Origin: an uncultured Desulfosarcina sp.
GTDB lineage: Bacteria; Desulfobacterota; Desulfobacteria; Desulfobacterales; Desulfosarcinaceae
Assembly: GCA_963674945.2 (NCBI GenBank)
Contig: CAXXWQ010000003.1
Span: 32,001-96,000 of the forward strand
Direction of reading: 5' to 3'
DNA length: 64,000 nt
In this document: piece after piece, positions 19,500 to 30,022 of the stretch
Layout of the letters: every line of letters starts with the position of its first letter
Position numbering within the stretch: position 1 is the stretch's first letter
Translations under genes and position numbers: made by a program
The notes under the pieces: model-generated
What the model saw: the letters and a program-made list of their open reading frames with translations, nothing else
The model's database searches: none
What the model was told of the DNA's origin: nothing

Positions 19500-20490
19500 C
19501 TATTTCGGTAAAGTGGTGTCCACAATGAAGCCACGGGAAAAGTCGTTGATCGTAAATGAATTGCCCGCGATCCGATCGCTGTTGTTGATCGCAACACCCA
19601 TGCTAAAGGGAAAGTCGGCGTTATCGGCCTCGATAAAATCGGTGGTCACACCGAGATCGTATATCGAACCCGCATACCATGCACAGGCATGGTGGACATC
19701 GGTTTCAAGGCTGCCCGCCGCATAGGTTTCGCCCGTTTCGGAATAGCCGATGACGATACCATTATCGTTAATTGCCACAGCCCAGCTGTTGGCCCCACCC
19801 AGGGTACCGAGATCGGTTATGACCGATTCGCCTTCCGTATATTGCCAGATAAAGGCGTGGACCTCTCCATCGTCATTGGTCGCATACCCCACCACCTGAT
19901 TGCTGTTGTTGATTGCCGTGGCCAGACTTGAACCGTCCGCCTGGTTTTCGCAGAGGTTGCCGCAGATCGTCATGTTGCCGTTTTTCCAGAAAAAGGCGTC
20001 ATCACCGGATGTTCCTGCAACGTTGCCTTCATCGTTGATTGCTACGGCATGGATCTCATCGGCCCCGGCCAGCGGCGCCAAAGTCTCTATATTGCCGGTT
20101 TCAATGTCATAAAATATGACGCTCTCTCCATTGCCGATGCTCACGATTGCCTGATCAGAGGCGTTGATGGCGACGGCTTCGGAACAATTTGTGACAATGT
20201 ACCCCTCATAGTTCGTTTCATTTCCATCGTCGTCGTAGACATCGAAATCGATTTCAGAATACATGGGGGGAAGATCGTCGAAGATGCCGTCTTTCCAAAA
20301 AAAGCCCTTGTTCTTCCCTTTTCCGTGGTTGCGTTGCCGATTACCTCGATGGTGTCGCCGCCGGAGAAAATGGCAACCGCCGCGCTGGAGGTGAAATCGG
20401 TGCCATCGTCATCGTCTTCTCCAAGACCGTAGTAATCGTCATAGGGACTGTCATGAATTCCCAGATAGGTCATTGTCTCCGTATCCGACA
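19500..20490 (-). pseudogene. HAF-repeat extracellular protein, N-terminally truncated and frameshifted
   Basis: Repeats A.AIN..GxVVG, HAFIW and DLGTLGG. The upstream part (TYLGIH...TRAFF) is separated by a frameshift at the A7 run 20297-20303. Confidence 0.7.
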
Positions 20491-20944
20491 GCCTTACCTG
20501 AAAGTACCAATTCGAAAAATTAGCGCCGGTGCATTCACCTTCCTCGGTATAGGGTGTCAATCGATGGGTATTCCAAAGTTCATCTTTTGATTCCCCCCAG
20601 TATATTTTGGCATTTGGGGGATTGGAGGATATGTATGTCTTAATTTTGGTAAGTTTGAAATTGATGATTCTGTTCGCACCCTCATCAGGTCGGCATACGA
20701 TCTCGGACGGCAGGTATCCCGGCCTGCGAACCTGATAGCACCAGGATTCCCATTGATCTCCTTCCATGAAGCGTGAATTGAGCGTGGCAAAAGGAGTCTG
20801 AACTATCTCATTCTCTGATTTTCCCCAGTAGATATTTGCCCCCGGTGGAGATGAATTGATCACTTCATAAATATAATGGGTTCCACATCCAGAGAAGAAG
20901 AAAAACATCAAAAGAACAGTTATATAAGAATATGAACGATTCAT
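20491..20944 (-). pseudogene. PEGA-like repeat lipoprotein, C-terminally fused to the HAF remnant
   Basis: Lipobox FSGC and two repeats I.S.PP.A.IYWG...W.(Y/F)QVR. The sequence switches abruptly to an acidic HAF-type sequence after the second repeat. Confidence 0.55.
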
Positions 20945-21106
20945 TGTGAGTATATTTGAAAGATGTGTTTGTGTGATAATCGGGTTAGCAAGAAACGATT
21001 CCTTGACATCATCGAGTCTATGGTATCTATTTCATACTTGCATAAACGGATTGAAAAATGGCAAAGTTTTCCCTACTTTCATCTTCTAATCGACATAGGA
21101 CGGTCC

Positions 21107-22267
21107 ATGTACGCTTCACATTTTGGGCTTACGGCAAAACCATTCAGCATCGTTCCCAATCCCGACATCTTATTTTTAAGTGAAAATCATCAAAACACCC
21201 TGACCATGCTCGAGTACGGACTCAGCGAAAGAACGGGATTTGTTCTGCTCACCGGAGAGATCGGTACCGGTAAGACAACACTGATCCGCTATATGCTTAA
21301 CGAAATGGTCTCCCAGATGGATGTGGCCGTGATCTTCAACACCAATTTCGATTCTGATCAGCTGTACCGGATGATTCTCAGTGAGTTTGACATACCCTGC
21401 GATGTCACGGAAAAAGACCGGCAAATGGAAATGCTCTTCCGATTTTTAATCGATCGCTATGCTCAGGGTCTTCAAACACTATTGGTCATCGACGAAGCCC
21501 AGCATCTTCCGGACGAAACCCTGGAAGATATCCGTATGCTGACCAACCTGCAGACCGACGATCAACTCCTGCTCCAGATCATTCTGGTGGGTCAACCGGA
21601 ACTGCGGACTCGGTTGGAAGCACCGAAATTCAAGCAGCTCGCCCAACGAATCGGCGTCAACTATCATCTCGATCCCTTTGACCGAGAACAGACCGATAAC
21701 TACATCAACCACCGGGTCACGGCAGCAGGAGGACGGGCCGATCTTTTTTCACCGGAGGCCATTGAACTGATTCATGACCATTCCGGCGGCATTCCCCGGA
21801 CCATCAACCTTCTGTGTGATGCCGTATTGGTCTATGGCTATGCCGATGGATTGAAGCGAATCGATAGGGACGCCGTTGAGAAGGTTCTGGCCGATAAGGT
21901 CTGCCTGGCCGCTTCTTCCTCACAAAAAAATCCCCATGCTGCCGAGGCAACAGGGGCAAATGGAGATATCCATGAGGTGAATCGTCGGTTGGCGGTCGTC
22001 GAAAAGACACTTGTCGATCTGGGGCATCGATTCGAGGCGATTCACCGTGAGATAAAATGTGAGATGTATGTAAAATATCAGGAGATGCTCACAGCGGAGC
22101 GCGAACGCTTCCGTCAGATAGTGGAAAACACGGACAATTCACTTTCGAAACAGACCGGAGAGGACGAGCAGCCATTCCCCCGACCGTCCGATACCCCTCC
22201 ATCACCGGCTCGCATCTCTTTTTCGTGGCTGTTTTCGCCATTTTCGTGGATCAAGGCCAAGAAATAG
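21107..22267 (+). CDS. ExeA/GspA-like AAA ATPase (exosortase/EPS-associated type)
   Basis: MYASHFGL..KPF...P, TGEIGTGKTT, LLVIDEAQHL, LVGQPEL and GIPRTIN.LCD motifs. Confidence 0.92.
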   Translation: MYASHFGLTAKPFSIVPNPDILFLSENHQNTLTMLEYGLSERTGFVLLTGEIGTGKTTLIRYMLNEMVSQMDVAVIFNTNFDSDQLYRMILSEFDIPCDVTEKDRQMEMLFRFLIDRYAQGLQTLLVIDEAQHLPDETLEDIRMLTNLQTDDQLLLQIILVGQPELRTRLEAPKFKQLAQRIGVNYHLDPFDREQTDNYINHRVTAAGGRADLFSPEAIELIHDHSGGIPRTINLLCDAVLVYGYADGLKRIDRDAVEKVLADKVCLAASSSQKNPHAAEATGANGDIHEVNRRLAVVEKTLVDLGHRFEAIHREIKCEMYVKYQEMLTAERERFRQIVENTDNSLSKQTGEDEQPFPRPSDTPPSPARISFSWLFSPFSWIKAKK

Positions 22268-23317
22268 ATCTTTTAGTCGCGCACTTGCTTTTGGCTGTCG
22301 CTCGCGGCTTTGCCGATCCCTCGTCTTGCCATGGGAATTGCCGTAAAAGGCCCCTGCCCCATCGAACCGGTTCAGGACGAAACCGGCGATCTTGTCGGCC
22401 GGGAGCATCTCCAGGGCCTGTTCCAGATCCTGTTTCCTTGCGCGTCCGGCACCGACCACCAGGATAATGCAATCCACAAGCGGTGCAAATGCCAATGCAT
22501 CGGCCGCGCTGAGCACCGCCGGCACGTCGAAGATGATGTGGCGATCATCGTAACGGTTTTTCAGATCCTCCACCAGTTCCCGCATCCGCGGAGAACTCAT
22601 CATTTCGGCGCTGTCCGCAATCGTTCCCCCGCCTGAGATGATGGTAAACTTCTCGATGCCCGGCCACACAATAATATCACGAAGCGGTACCCGCTTTTCC
22701 AGATAATCCAATACACCCTTGTCGGAGTCGTATCCGACATAGCGATGAATCGCCTGCCTGCGCAGATCGGCATCCACCAGAAGCACGGTCTGATGGAACT
22801 CCCGTGCAAAGGTTGCAGCCAAATTGATGGCGGTGACGGTTTTCCCCTCGCCGGGAGAGACACTGGTCACCATGGCCGTCTTCCACTTTTTCCGTTGGCC
22901 CATCTGTCGAAGATGGGTTCGAAGAACTTTATAATATTCGATTTCGGAAAAATCCGGTGACAGCGCCACACAATGATTGCGAATCGCCGTCTCCAGATCG
23001 ATGGAAACGGTTTTGGAGACATCGTATTTTGGTGGCTGCCAGTTCTCTTTCGTTCCGTATCCACTCCGCCAAACGGGCCGTTCGGTTGAATTTACGGAAA
23101 AAACCTGCCCCACCGTTTCTCGGACCCCGCCGGTGTTGTGAACCGCGGCCGTTGCTTCACTGGAACTTTTCTCGGTCTCCTTGAATATTTGCTGCGGCCA
23201 TTTGCTTTTCTCCAGGTAGTCCAGGTTCGATTCGGAATTGTCCGCCTTCACGGGAAGAACCTTTCCGTGCAACTCCCGTTCCCTTTTGGCTTTTTCCAGT
23301 GCTTTTTGTATTTTCAT
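22202..23317 (-). CDS. CpsD/CapB-type polysaccharide tyrosine autokinase domain protein
   Basis: KIQKALEKAK N-terminus. VTSVSPGEGKT, LLVDADLR and IIFDVP motifs. Confidence 0.9.
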   Translation of the reverse strand: MKIQKALEKAKRERELHGKVLPVKADNSESNLDYLEKSKWPQQIFKETEKSSSEATAAVHNTGGVRETVGQVFSVNSTERPVWRSGYGTKENWQPPKYDVSKTVSIDLETAIRNHCVALSPDFSEIEYYKVLRTHLRQMGQRKKWKTAMVTSVSPGEGKTVTAINLAATFAREFHQTVLLVDADLRRQAIHRYVGYDSDKGVLDYLEKRVPLRDIIVWPGIEKFTIISGGGTIADSAEMMSSPRMRELVEDLKNRYDDRHIIFDVPAVLSAADALAFAPLVDCIILVVGAGRARKQDLEQALEMLPADKIAGFVLNRFDGAGAFYGNSHGKTRDRQSRERQPKASARLKDLFLGLDPRKWRKQPRKRDASR

Positions 23318-23400
23318 GGGTTGTTTCCGTTATTCCGGATCAAAACGAACATCGGTCGGATATGTCTGCTTTCAAAAATTGAATTGCTGTTACAGATTGT

Positions 23401-24999
23401 TCACATCACCGGAGCCCGCCGTATCACCTTTGCCCAGAATATATCCAGATCCATTACGAAAAAATGAAAGACAACGATACATAAAATCACCACCAGAACA
23501 CCGCAAATGCCGATGGTCCAATACCGCTTTTTCTGTTTGTCCTGCTCATCCGGTGTGATGATGATCGGAATACTCACCAATAGCGGCAAGGGAGAAAGCT
23601 TGCCAAGATCCTTTGGCGAATGCACGGCCTGGTCGGAGAATTCGGCCAGCGCCGCCACTCCGACGCCGGCCCCGATTCCCAATACGATTCCGATCAGGGC
23701 AATGGCCAGACGATTGGGTTTGAACGGCTTTTCGGGAAACCGTGCCGGTTCGATCAACGTAAAGCGTTCTCCCTTCTGCTCTTTCTCCAACCCTAAGGCC
23801 ACACTGGCCTCCATCACCTTCCGGGAGAGGTCTTCGTACTTGGCACGGGTGTTGTTGCGATCCACCAGCAGGGCGGCATACTCCTTTTCGATCCTCGGCG
23901 TGGTTTCGATGCGCTGCCGATAGACCTCGGCCTTTGCGTTCAATGCCTTTTCCTGATCCAACAGGGATTCCATCTCCGCGCGAACGCTGGCGAGCTGGGA
24001 AGACAAGGTAATATAGGCGGCGTTGTCCGGCGGTTCCCACCCCGGCAAGGTGGATTTCTCGTTAATCTGCTGCGACAGCTGTTCGATCTCGATGAGGACC
24101 TTCTTCACATCCGGATAGTGTTCGGTGTACCGGCTCTTCAGGTTGACCAGTTCCACCTCCAGTGCCTTCAGCCGCTCCTTCTGAGGATCCTGAATTTCCG
24201 GGATGCTGGCCAATTGGGTTTCCAGGTACCCCTCCCGTTCCTTTAGCAGCCGAATCTGGTCACGGCCCCGTTGAATCTCCGACTCGGTCTGATTCAGCGT
24301 CTGCTGGTTGACCTGGAACATCTCGGGAAGGCTGTTGATATGCCGGGCCTTGAACGCACCGATTCTATCCTCCAGTACGGCCAGCTCCTGGTTGACCCGT
24401 TGGGCCTCCTCCTCCAGAAACTTCGTGGTTTCCGTGGTTTTCCGCTGGCGCACCTTGAGATTCTCGTCCAAAAACAGCGTCACCAGCGTGTCGGTCACTT
24501 TCTGCACCTTGGCCGGATTTTTTCCCTGATAGGCAAGGGTAAATGCGATGGTGGCGGTGACGGCCCGGCCGCTTTTATCCTTGGTGTCGGCGCTGATGAA
24601 TCCCAACCGGATATCCTCGCGCATCTTTTCGACCATCTGATCGGTGGTCCAACGTTCCCGGTACTTCTTGTAAAGGTCGAAACGATCGATGATCTCCATC
24701 AGTTTGGTCGTGGTCATGACCCGCTGTTTGGTCACCTGGATTCGTTGTTCGGCATACCCGGTGACCGTGGTCATGACGAAATCAGCGGGAATTTCCTGCT
24801 CTTCGATGAGAATGGTGGCGGAAGATCGATACACGGCCGGCAACAGGAGTGCGACCATCCCGGCGATCAACAGGATCGAAAATGCCGGAATCATCAGGCG
24901 CCATTTCCGCCGTTTCAGGATATCGACATAGTTGCCGATGTCCAGGGGCTGTTCCTCCATGTGCGGCTGCATGTTTTCGTTGGACAAATTCGGATTCAT
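23401..24999 (-). CDS. Polysaccharide chain-length determinant (Wzz/GumC-type co-polymerase)
   Basis: N- and C-terminal TM helices, a coiled-coil periplasmic region and IEPARFPEKPFKPNR. Confidence 0.9.
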   Translation of the reverse strand: MNPNLSNENMQPHMEEQPLDIGNYVDILKRRKWRLMIPAFSILLIAGMVALLLPAVYRSSATILIEEQEIPADFVMTTVTGYAEQRIQVTKQRVMTTTKLMEIIDRFDLYKKYRERWTTDQMVEKMREDIRLGFISADTKDKSGRAVTATIAFTLAYQGKNPAKVQKVTDTLVTLFLDENLKVRQRKTTETTKFLEEEAQRVNQELAVLEDRIGAFKARHINSLPEMFQVNQQTLNQTESEIQRGRDQIRLLKEREGYLETQLASIPEIQDPQKERLKALEVELVNLKSRYTEHYPDVKKVLIEIEQLSQQINEKSTLPGWEPPDNAAYITLSSQLASVRAEMESLLDQEKALNAKAEVYRQRIETTPRIEKEYAALLVDRNNTRAKYEDLSRKVMEASVALGLEKEQKGERFTLIEPARFPEKPFKPNRLAIALIGIVLGIGAGVGVAALAEFSDQAVHSPKDLGKLSPLPLLVSIPIIITPDEQDKQKKRYWTIGICGVLVVILCIVVFHFFVMDLDIFWAKVIRRAPVM

Positions 25000-25022
25000 A
25001 ACCGGATAGTGTATGCGACCAA

Positions 25023-25040
25023 TGTTAAAAGATTGTTAGC
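25023..25040 (-). promoter_or_regulatory. 11-bp-period box pair upstream of the co-polymerase gene
   Basis: TGTTAAA at 25023 and TGTTAGC at 25034, inside a 51-nt intergenic gap. Confidence 0.5.
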
Positions 25041-25050
25041 AACGAAGTAC

Positions 25051-26340
25051 CTATTCCAACCAATCATGGTGCGCCTCCAACTGGATGATGGCCTGATTTC
25101 GATAGGTACGGGTTCCCGCTTCGCGATCGTCATAAATGCTGTACGAATAGCTGCAGGCCAGGTCCAAGGCATCGCGCACGCCCCAACGCAGGCCAGCACC
25201 CACGTTCCAGGTCTGTCGATCGATGTCATCCTGGGTGGGGTCATCCTGGTCGTTGACGTTCCAATACCACTGCAAGTATAGATTTCCGGACAGTTTTTCC
25301 AAGAAGCGCATGCTAGCCCCAAGCCTTGCGGTGGTGCGGTTGGCAGTCGCGCTGCTGCCGCTTACAGGCTCCAGGTCATGGGAGAAATTCATGCTCACAT
25401 GTGTTCGTTCCCCCCGATATCCCAAGGTAAGATCCCCTACGAAACCATAGCTCTCACTGTCTTCATCGATTCGAAGCGGATCGTCATGAAAATACGGAGG
25501 AGAGTGGGACCGGCTCTGCTCCAGTTCCCGCCGGGACCAGCTGTAGCGGCCACCGACATTGACCTTCAAATCGATTCGCTCCGAAATTTTGCTTTCCGTT
25601 CCGGTGGTGAGGGAAACGTAGTCCACCTCGGCCTTGTCGGCGATGATTGAATCGACCGTGAAAATATCAAGGGTGCCGGTCTGGCCATACTCCCTTTCAA
25701 ATGCGTAGTGGCTGTAGCTGAGATTACACCGGCCGGTGGTCCGTGCGAGCCACCGATCCAGACTACGGGTCAGGTAGATCACGGCGCTGTAGTCCTTGCG
25801 ATCCGAGGTTTCCGGGTCTTCATAGTTGTCATGGTTGAAATTGATATAGAGGCCACCGGTAAGCACCTCGGAAAAGGTGGTGATTGCCGAAGTAGCGACG
25901 TGGGATTGCTTTCTTCGATTATCGTTCAGCAGCAGACCGGTCTCTTCGATATCCCGGTCCGGCCTGCTGTCATCGATGAACCGCACATCGGCACCCACCT
26001 GCCAACGCTCGGTGAGCAATGCGTTGAACCGGCCATCGTACCACTGATCCAGGTCGCTGGTCTCATCATATTCGTGGTAGTGGCGCCACTCCCATCTTCC
26101 CCCAACCTGAACGTCGCACCGTTCGCTATTGCGACCCCCATTTACCCATGGAGAGACAATCGTCATGTTGTCGGACAGTGCCAAATCGTTGTACTCATGT
26201 TTCAGGGAAACCGCAGTGTTCAGATGATAATCGGCGGCCGCCGCCGTGTGTTCATGAAGCCAGATACAAAGAACGCATGCCATCCATATCGGCAATAATT
26301 TCGGTTTCAAAAATGATTTTCCAAGGAACATTTCGAACAA
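25051..26340 (-). CDS. EPS-associated outer-membrane beta-barrel protein
   Basis: Signal-peptide-like N-terminus and alternating aromatic beta strands. Located between wza and the co-polymerase gene. Confidence 0.75.
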   Translation of the reverse strand: MFEMFLGKSFLKPKLLPIWMACVLCIWLHEHTAAAADYHLNTAVSLKHEYNDLALSDNMTIVSPWVNGGRNSERCDVQVGGRWEWRHYHEYDETSDLDQWYDGRFNALLTERWQVGADVRFIDDSRPDRDIEETGLLLNDNRRKQSHVATSAITTFSEVLTGGLYINFNHDNYEDPETSDRKDYSAVIYLTRSLDRWLARTTGRCNLSYSHYAFEREYGQTGTLDIFTVDSIIADKAEVDYVSLTTGTESKISERIDLKVNVGGRYSWSRRELEQSRSHSPPYFHDDPLRIDEDSESYGFVGDLTLGYRGERTHVSMNFSHDLEPVSGSSATANRTTARLGASMRFLEKLSGNLYLQWYWNVNDQDDPTQDDIDRQTWNVGAGLRWGVRDALDLACSYSYSIYDDREAGTRTYRNQAIIQLEAHHDWLE

Positions 26341-26400
26341 TGCAATAGAAAGATAGAAATCAATTCACCGTAATCGCACACATCAAGACAAATTGTGAGA

Positions 26401-26428
26401 CCAGTGATCAGTAATCCGTGATGAGTGA
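26401..26428 (-). repeat. Heptamer tandem repeat (ATCACYG type)
   Basis: CCAGTGA TCAGTAA TCCGTGA TGAGTGA. Confidence 0.6.
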
Positions 26429-26475
26429 TGTGAACTATGAACCATCGTCGATGAACTCTTAAAAAGTCGTATTTC

Positions 26476-26602
26476 TGACGGCTTCGAAAAAAGTTCGAGA
26501 TCAAAGATTGCAAGCCCCGAGGAATGAGGCGTATTGTTGGATACGTCGCAGTGACGAGGGGCGAAGCGTAACGCAGATATCGGGCTTTTTACGAAGCCGT
26601 CA
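26476..26602. repeat. 127-bp MITE/REP-like palindromic element
   Basis: Terminal IRs TGACGGCTTCGAAAAAAGTTCGAGATC and GATATCGGGCTTTTTACGAAGCCGTCA, with internal imperfect symmetry. Confidence 0.8.
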
Positions 26603-26605
26603 CAA

Positions 26606-27319
26606 TTATTTCACTAAAATCACATCCCCTCGCTGCAGAATAATATTCTCCTCCAGTTTGTAATCCTCCGTGACGTTCTTGTAGTTAAACGGGATCACCA
26701 TGGTCTTATCTTCGGTTTTCCTGAAAATTCGGATATCCGCCTTGTCCGCGAATATGTTCAGCCCGCCTGCAATGGAGAGTGCCTGCAATACATCGACTTT
26801 CCGATTCAAGGCAATGGGGCCGGATCGATTCACCTTGCCGAGGATGTATACCACGTTGCTGCTTACCTGTTGGACGATCACACTGAGTTCCGGTTCCGGA
26901 ATGTAGCGCACCAGCTTTTCGGTAATTTCGGTTGCAAGCTGTCCCACCGTCTTGCCGGAAGCCGGAAAGCGGCCGATCAAAGGGAAAGAGATCGCGCCGT
27001 CGGGCAACACGACCAATTGGCGGGAAAGTGCCGGGTCTTTCCACACGCTGATTTCCAGTACATCACCGGCGCCGATGGTGTAGTCGCCGGTCGTATCGCG
27101 CAATGGCAAAACGACCGCCGCATTCTGCATTTCCACCTCTTCCACCGCTTTCGCCACATCCTGTGCTTCTATCGTCTGCGCCTTCTCTTCACGGAGTTGC
27201 CGCAAGTATTCCTGATCCGAAGTCGCAGCACAGCCATCGATCAAAAAGATAAAAATACCCAAAATAATCATAGCGTCGCATATCTTTTTACACTCCGCTA
27301 ACGGCTGTATGTTACTCAT
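26606..27319 (-). CDS. wza: Polysaccharide export lipoprotein
   Basis: Lipobox IDGC. YTIGAGDVLEISVW, PDGAISFPLIG and an SLBB-type C-terminus (LQRGDVILV). Confidence 0.92.
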   Translation of the reverse strand: MSNIQPLAECKKICDAMIILGIFIFLIDGCAATSDQEYLRQLREEKAQTIEAQDVAKAVEEVEMQNAAVVLPLRDTTGDYTIGAGDVLEISVWKDPALSRQLVVLPDGAISFPLIGRFPASGKTVGQLATEITEKLVRYIPEPELSVIVQQVSSNVVYILGKVNRSGPIALNRKVDVLQALSIAGGLNIFADKADIRIFRKTEDKTMVIPFNYKNVTEDYKLEENIILQRGDVILVK

Positions 27320-27519
27320 GTACGCCCCCATATTTCCAGCGTGCTTTGTAGAAAATGCTATGGACAGAACCAGAGCCATTCCTTCATGGATGCTTTTTTA
27401 CTAATCATTGATTAGCGACCACTGGTCCATACATTACATCTTTGCGTGAACATCATTTTTCGTCCATCATCCAAGCGAAGCGGTCATCCTTCATCCCTCG
27501 CCTCACGCCTATCCCAATA

Positions 27520-29943
27520 TTATGAATTCTCTATCCTTTCCATCAAAGCCTTGGCATCATCCTTCTCGCGATATTCCGATTCGTCTGCCAACGCCTTTTC
27601 CAGTCTCTCACGTGCTTCATCCAGTCGGTTGCTGTCCACGAAAACCTTAGCCAAATGGTAATTGATTACGCCGCTTTCCGGCTTTATCTCGAGGGCTTTT
27701 TCGAGGGATGTAACGGCCATCTCATGGTCGCCCTGTTTGTAATGGATCCATCCCAACGTATCCAAGACGGTCGGATCTCCCGGCCGGAGCGATTCGGCTT
27801 TTTCCGCAACTTCCAATGCACGTTCCAGGTCGCCCGGTCCGTTTGGATGTTCGACCAGCAGAAAGGCCAGGTTGTTGGCCGCTGCCCAGCGCTTTTCATC
27901 CGTTTCCAGTGCCTCTTCATAAACGGTTTTGGCCTTCTCGTGCTCGCCTTTTCTTTCATATAGAAAGGCAAGCGTCATGAAAGCGCCGGTATTCTTGCTG
28001 TTCTGAGAAATAGCCGACTTGAGGTTTTCGATGGCTTCATCGGTTTTACCCTGAGACAAATAGAGCCGAGCCAGGTTGTCATGGGGAACGTTCCATTGTG
28101 GATTGCATTCGATGGCTTTTTTCAGGGATGCCTCGGCCGCCACGGCGTCCTTGCCGGATAACTGTACCTGAGCCAACAGGTTGTAAACAAATGGGTTGTC
28201 CGGATAGACGGCGATCTTTTCATCACACAGTTTTTTTGCCTGGTCCAATCGTTTGTCTGCGATGTAAACCTTCACCAATGAAGTGATAACGGGCACTGAT
28301 TCAGGCATTTGCCGGTATCCCTTTTCCAGGATATCGATGGCCTTATCCCGGTTGACTTGGACTTCATGCAAACGCGCCAATTTCAGATACCCTGCCGGAA
28401 CCTTGGGCGCCTTGGCCACGATCCGGCTGTATTGTTCTCGGGCGGCGTCGTACTGCTTACGGGACAACTTGAAGTCACCCAGATCCCCGACTGCGCGAAG
28501 ATCCTCGGGATCGATCTCGATAATCTTTGCCAATTGTTCCTCTGCAGCGGCTTCATCCTTTTCGATGAGATAAAGCCGCGCCAACGCCCGTCGCAGTTTT
28601 TTATCTGTCGGATTGCTCCGTATTCCGGTCTTGAGGGCATCGATGGCCAAGGTTGTCTCCTTGTTCATCATATGGGCCTGGCCAAGCAACAGATGGCCGT
28701 TGACGTTTTCTGGCTTTTCGGCCACCACCGTGCGAAATGCGGTAACGGCATCGGCCGGCTTTTTCTTCGATAAAAGAATCTGTCCCTTGATATAATTGGC
28801 ATCCACACTTTTTGGTTCTTCCGCCAACACCTCGTCCACGAGGGCCTCGGCACGCTGCGTTTCCCTTTTCATCATATGGATCTGTGCCATCATGGTTTTG
28901 GCGGTCAGAATACCCGGATCCGACGGATCTCTGGAAAGGGAGAGACTCTGTGTAAGTGTTGACAAGGCCATATCCGGATCTTTCTTTATCAGATAGAGAT
29001 CGGCCAGGGCTTCTCTTAGCGTAAAGCTCGCAGGATTATCGGAAATTCCTTTTGTAAGCTGTTTCTCTGCCCTGTCCACCTCCTTTTGTCTCAGATAGAA
29101 TTTTGCCGCCGCAATGATATTCTTTTCTCTGGCAGCCTCCGTGTCATCTTCCTGTTCCAGGGCAGATAGTGCATCAATAACTTTTTCCGCCTTCTTTTTT
29201 TGCTCTGATTTCCAGTAGAAATCGGCCAAGGCCAATCGATAAGCGGCAATATCCGGATGCAAATCGATGTTCTCACACAAAAGAGTCTCTGCTTCTTTCT
29301 TTTTGTCGACTTTCATGTAGTGGTTTACCAGAACCAGGCGCAACGCCATGGCATCCGGATTCCTTTGAATTCCGTCGTTCAAGATCTTTTCGACGCCGGC
29401 GTTTTCCCCTTTCTTCTGTTCGATGGCTGCCAGCATTAAGAACAAATCCGGCGCAGTCTCCCCTTTTGCATGGAGTCTTTCCAGCAGGCTCTTGGCACCA
29501 TCGGTGTCTTTTTCCTTGATCATCAGCGAGGCACGAACCAATAGGGCGCTGCTGTTCTGCGGGTCCTTCTCCAGCACCAGTTCAATTTTTTCCCTTGCAC
29601 GGTCAATATCCCGGGCCGCCAAAAACATACGGGACAATTCCACATGGGCAGGCAAAAGATCCGGGTCGAGTTCCACCGCTTTTAGGAAATTGCCGTAGGC
29701 TCGCCTGATTTCTTTCTCCTCCATATCCACCCTGCCCAGCATATAGTACGCGTCGGCATACTTGGGATCGATCTGCAAGGCGTTCTTGAATTCCAGTTTG
29801 GCCTTAACGAAATCGGCTTCTTCGAACAAGGTTTGGCCCCGTTTGTAAAACTTTGCTCTTTTCTCTTCCTTTGAACCACATGAGACAGTCAGTCCCATCA
29901 TAATGAGAAGCAGCAACAGTGTGAACGCTTTTTTAATCATCAT
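27520..29943 (-). CDS. Long TPR lipoprotein (PrsT-like)
   Basis: Lipobox TVSC and many TPRs. C-terminal AANNLA...LDTLGW...INYHLA. Confidence 0.88.
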   Translation of the reverse strand: MMIKKAFTLLLLLIMMGLTVSCGSKEEKRAKFYKRGQTLFEEADFVKAKLEFKNALQIDPKYADAYYMLGRVDMEEKEIRRAYGNFLKAVELDPDLLPAHVELSRMFLAARDIDRAREKIELVLEKDPQNSSALLVRASLMIKEKDTDGAKSLLERLHAKGETAPDLFLMLAAIEQKKGENAGVEKILNDGIQRNPDAMALRLVLVNHYMKVDKKKEAETLLCENIDLHPDIAAYRLALADFYWKSEQKKKAEKVIDALSALEQEDDTEAAREKNIIAAAKFYLRQKEVDRAEKQLTKGISDNPASFTLREALADLYLIKKDPDMALSTLTQSLSLSRDPSDPGILTAKTMMAQIHMMKRETQRAEALVDEVLAEEPKSVDANYIKGQILLSKKKPADAVTAFRTVVAEKPENVNGHLLLGQAHMMNKETTLAIDALKTGIRSNPTDKKLRRALARLYLIEKDEAAAEEQLAKIIEIDPEDLRAVGDLGDFKLSRKQYDAAREQYSRIVAKAPKVPAGYLKLARLHEVQVNRDKAIDILEKGYRQMPESVPVITSLVKVYIADKRLDQAKKLCDEKIAVYPDNPFVYNLLAQVQLSGKDAVAAEASLKKAIECNPQWNVPHDNLARLYLSQGKTDEAIENLKSAISQNSKNTGAFMTLAFLYERKGEHEKAKTVYEEALETDEKRWAAANNLAFLLVEHPNGPGDLERALEVAEKAESLRPGDPTVLDTLGWIHYKQGDHEMAVTSLEKALEIKPESGVINYHLAKVFVDSNRLDEARERLEKALADESEYREKDDAKALMERIENS

Positions 29944-30022
29944 TGCAATTCCTTTTGATAGTATCTTTGCCCTTTTATCCTGACAAGTCCCACGAACTAC
30001 TCCTGGTCTCCGGCTTATTTCG

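Noticed and set aside
20945..20990. Additional Pho-like boxes upstream of the PEGA-like gene (also near 16724 and 40426)
   Set aside because: Only single or poorly matching half-sites without a clear 11-bp-period partner.
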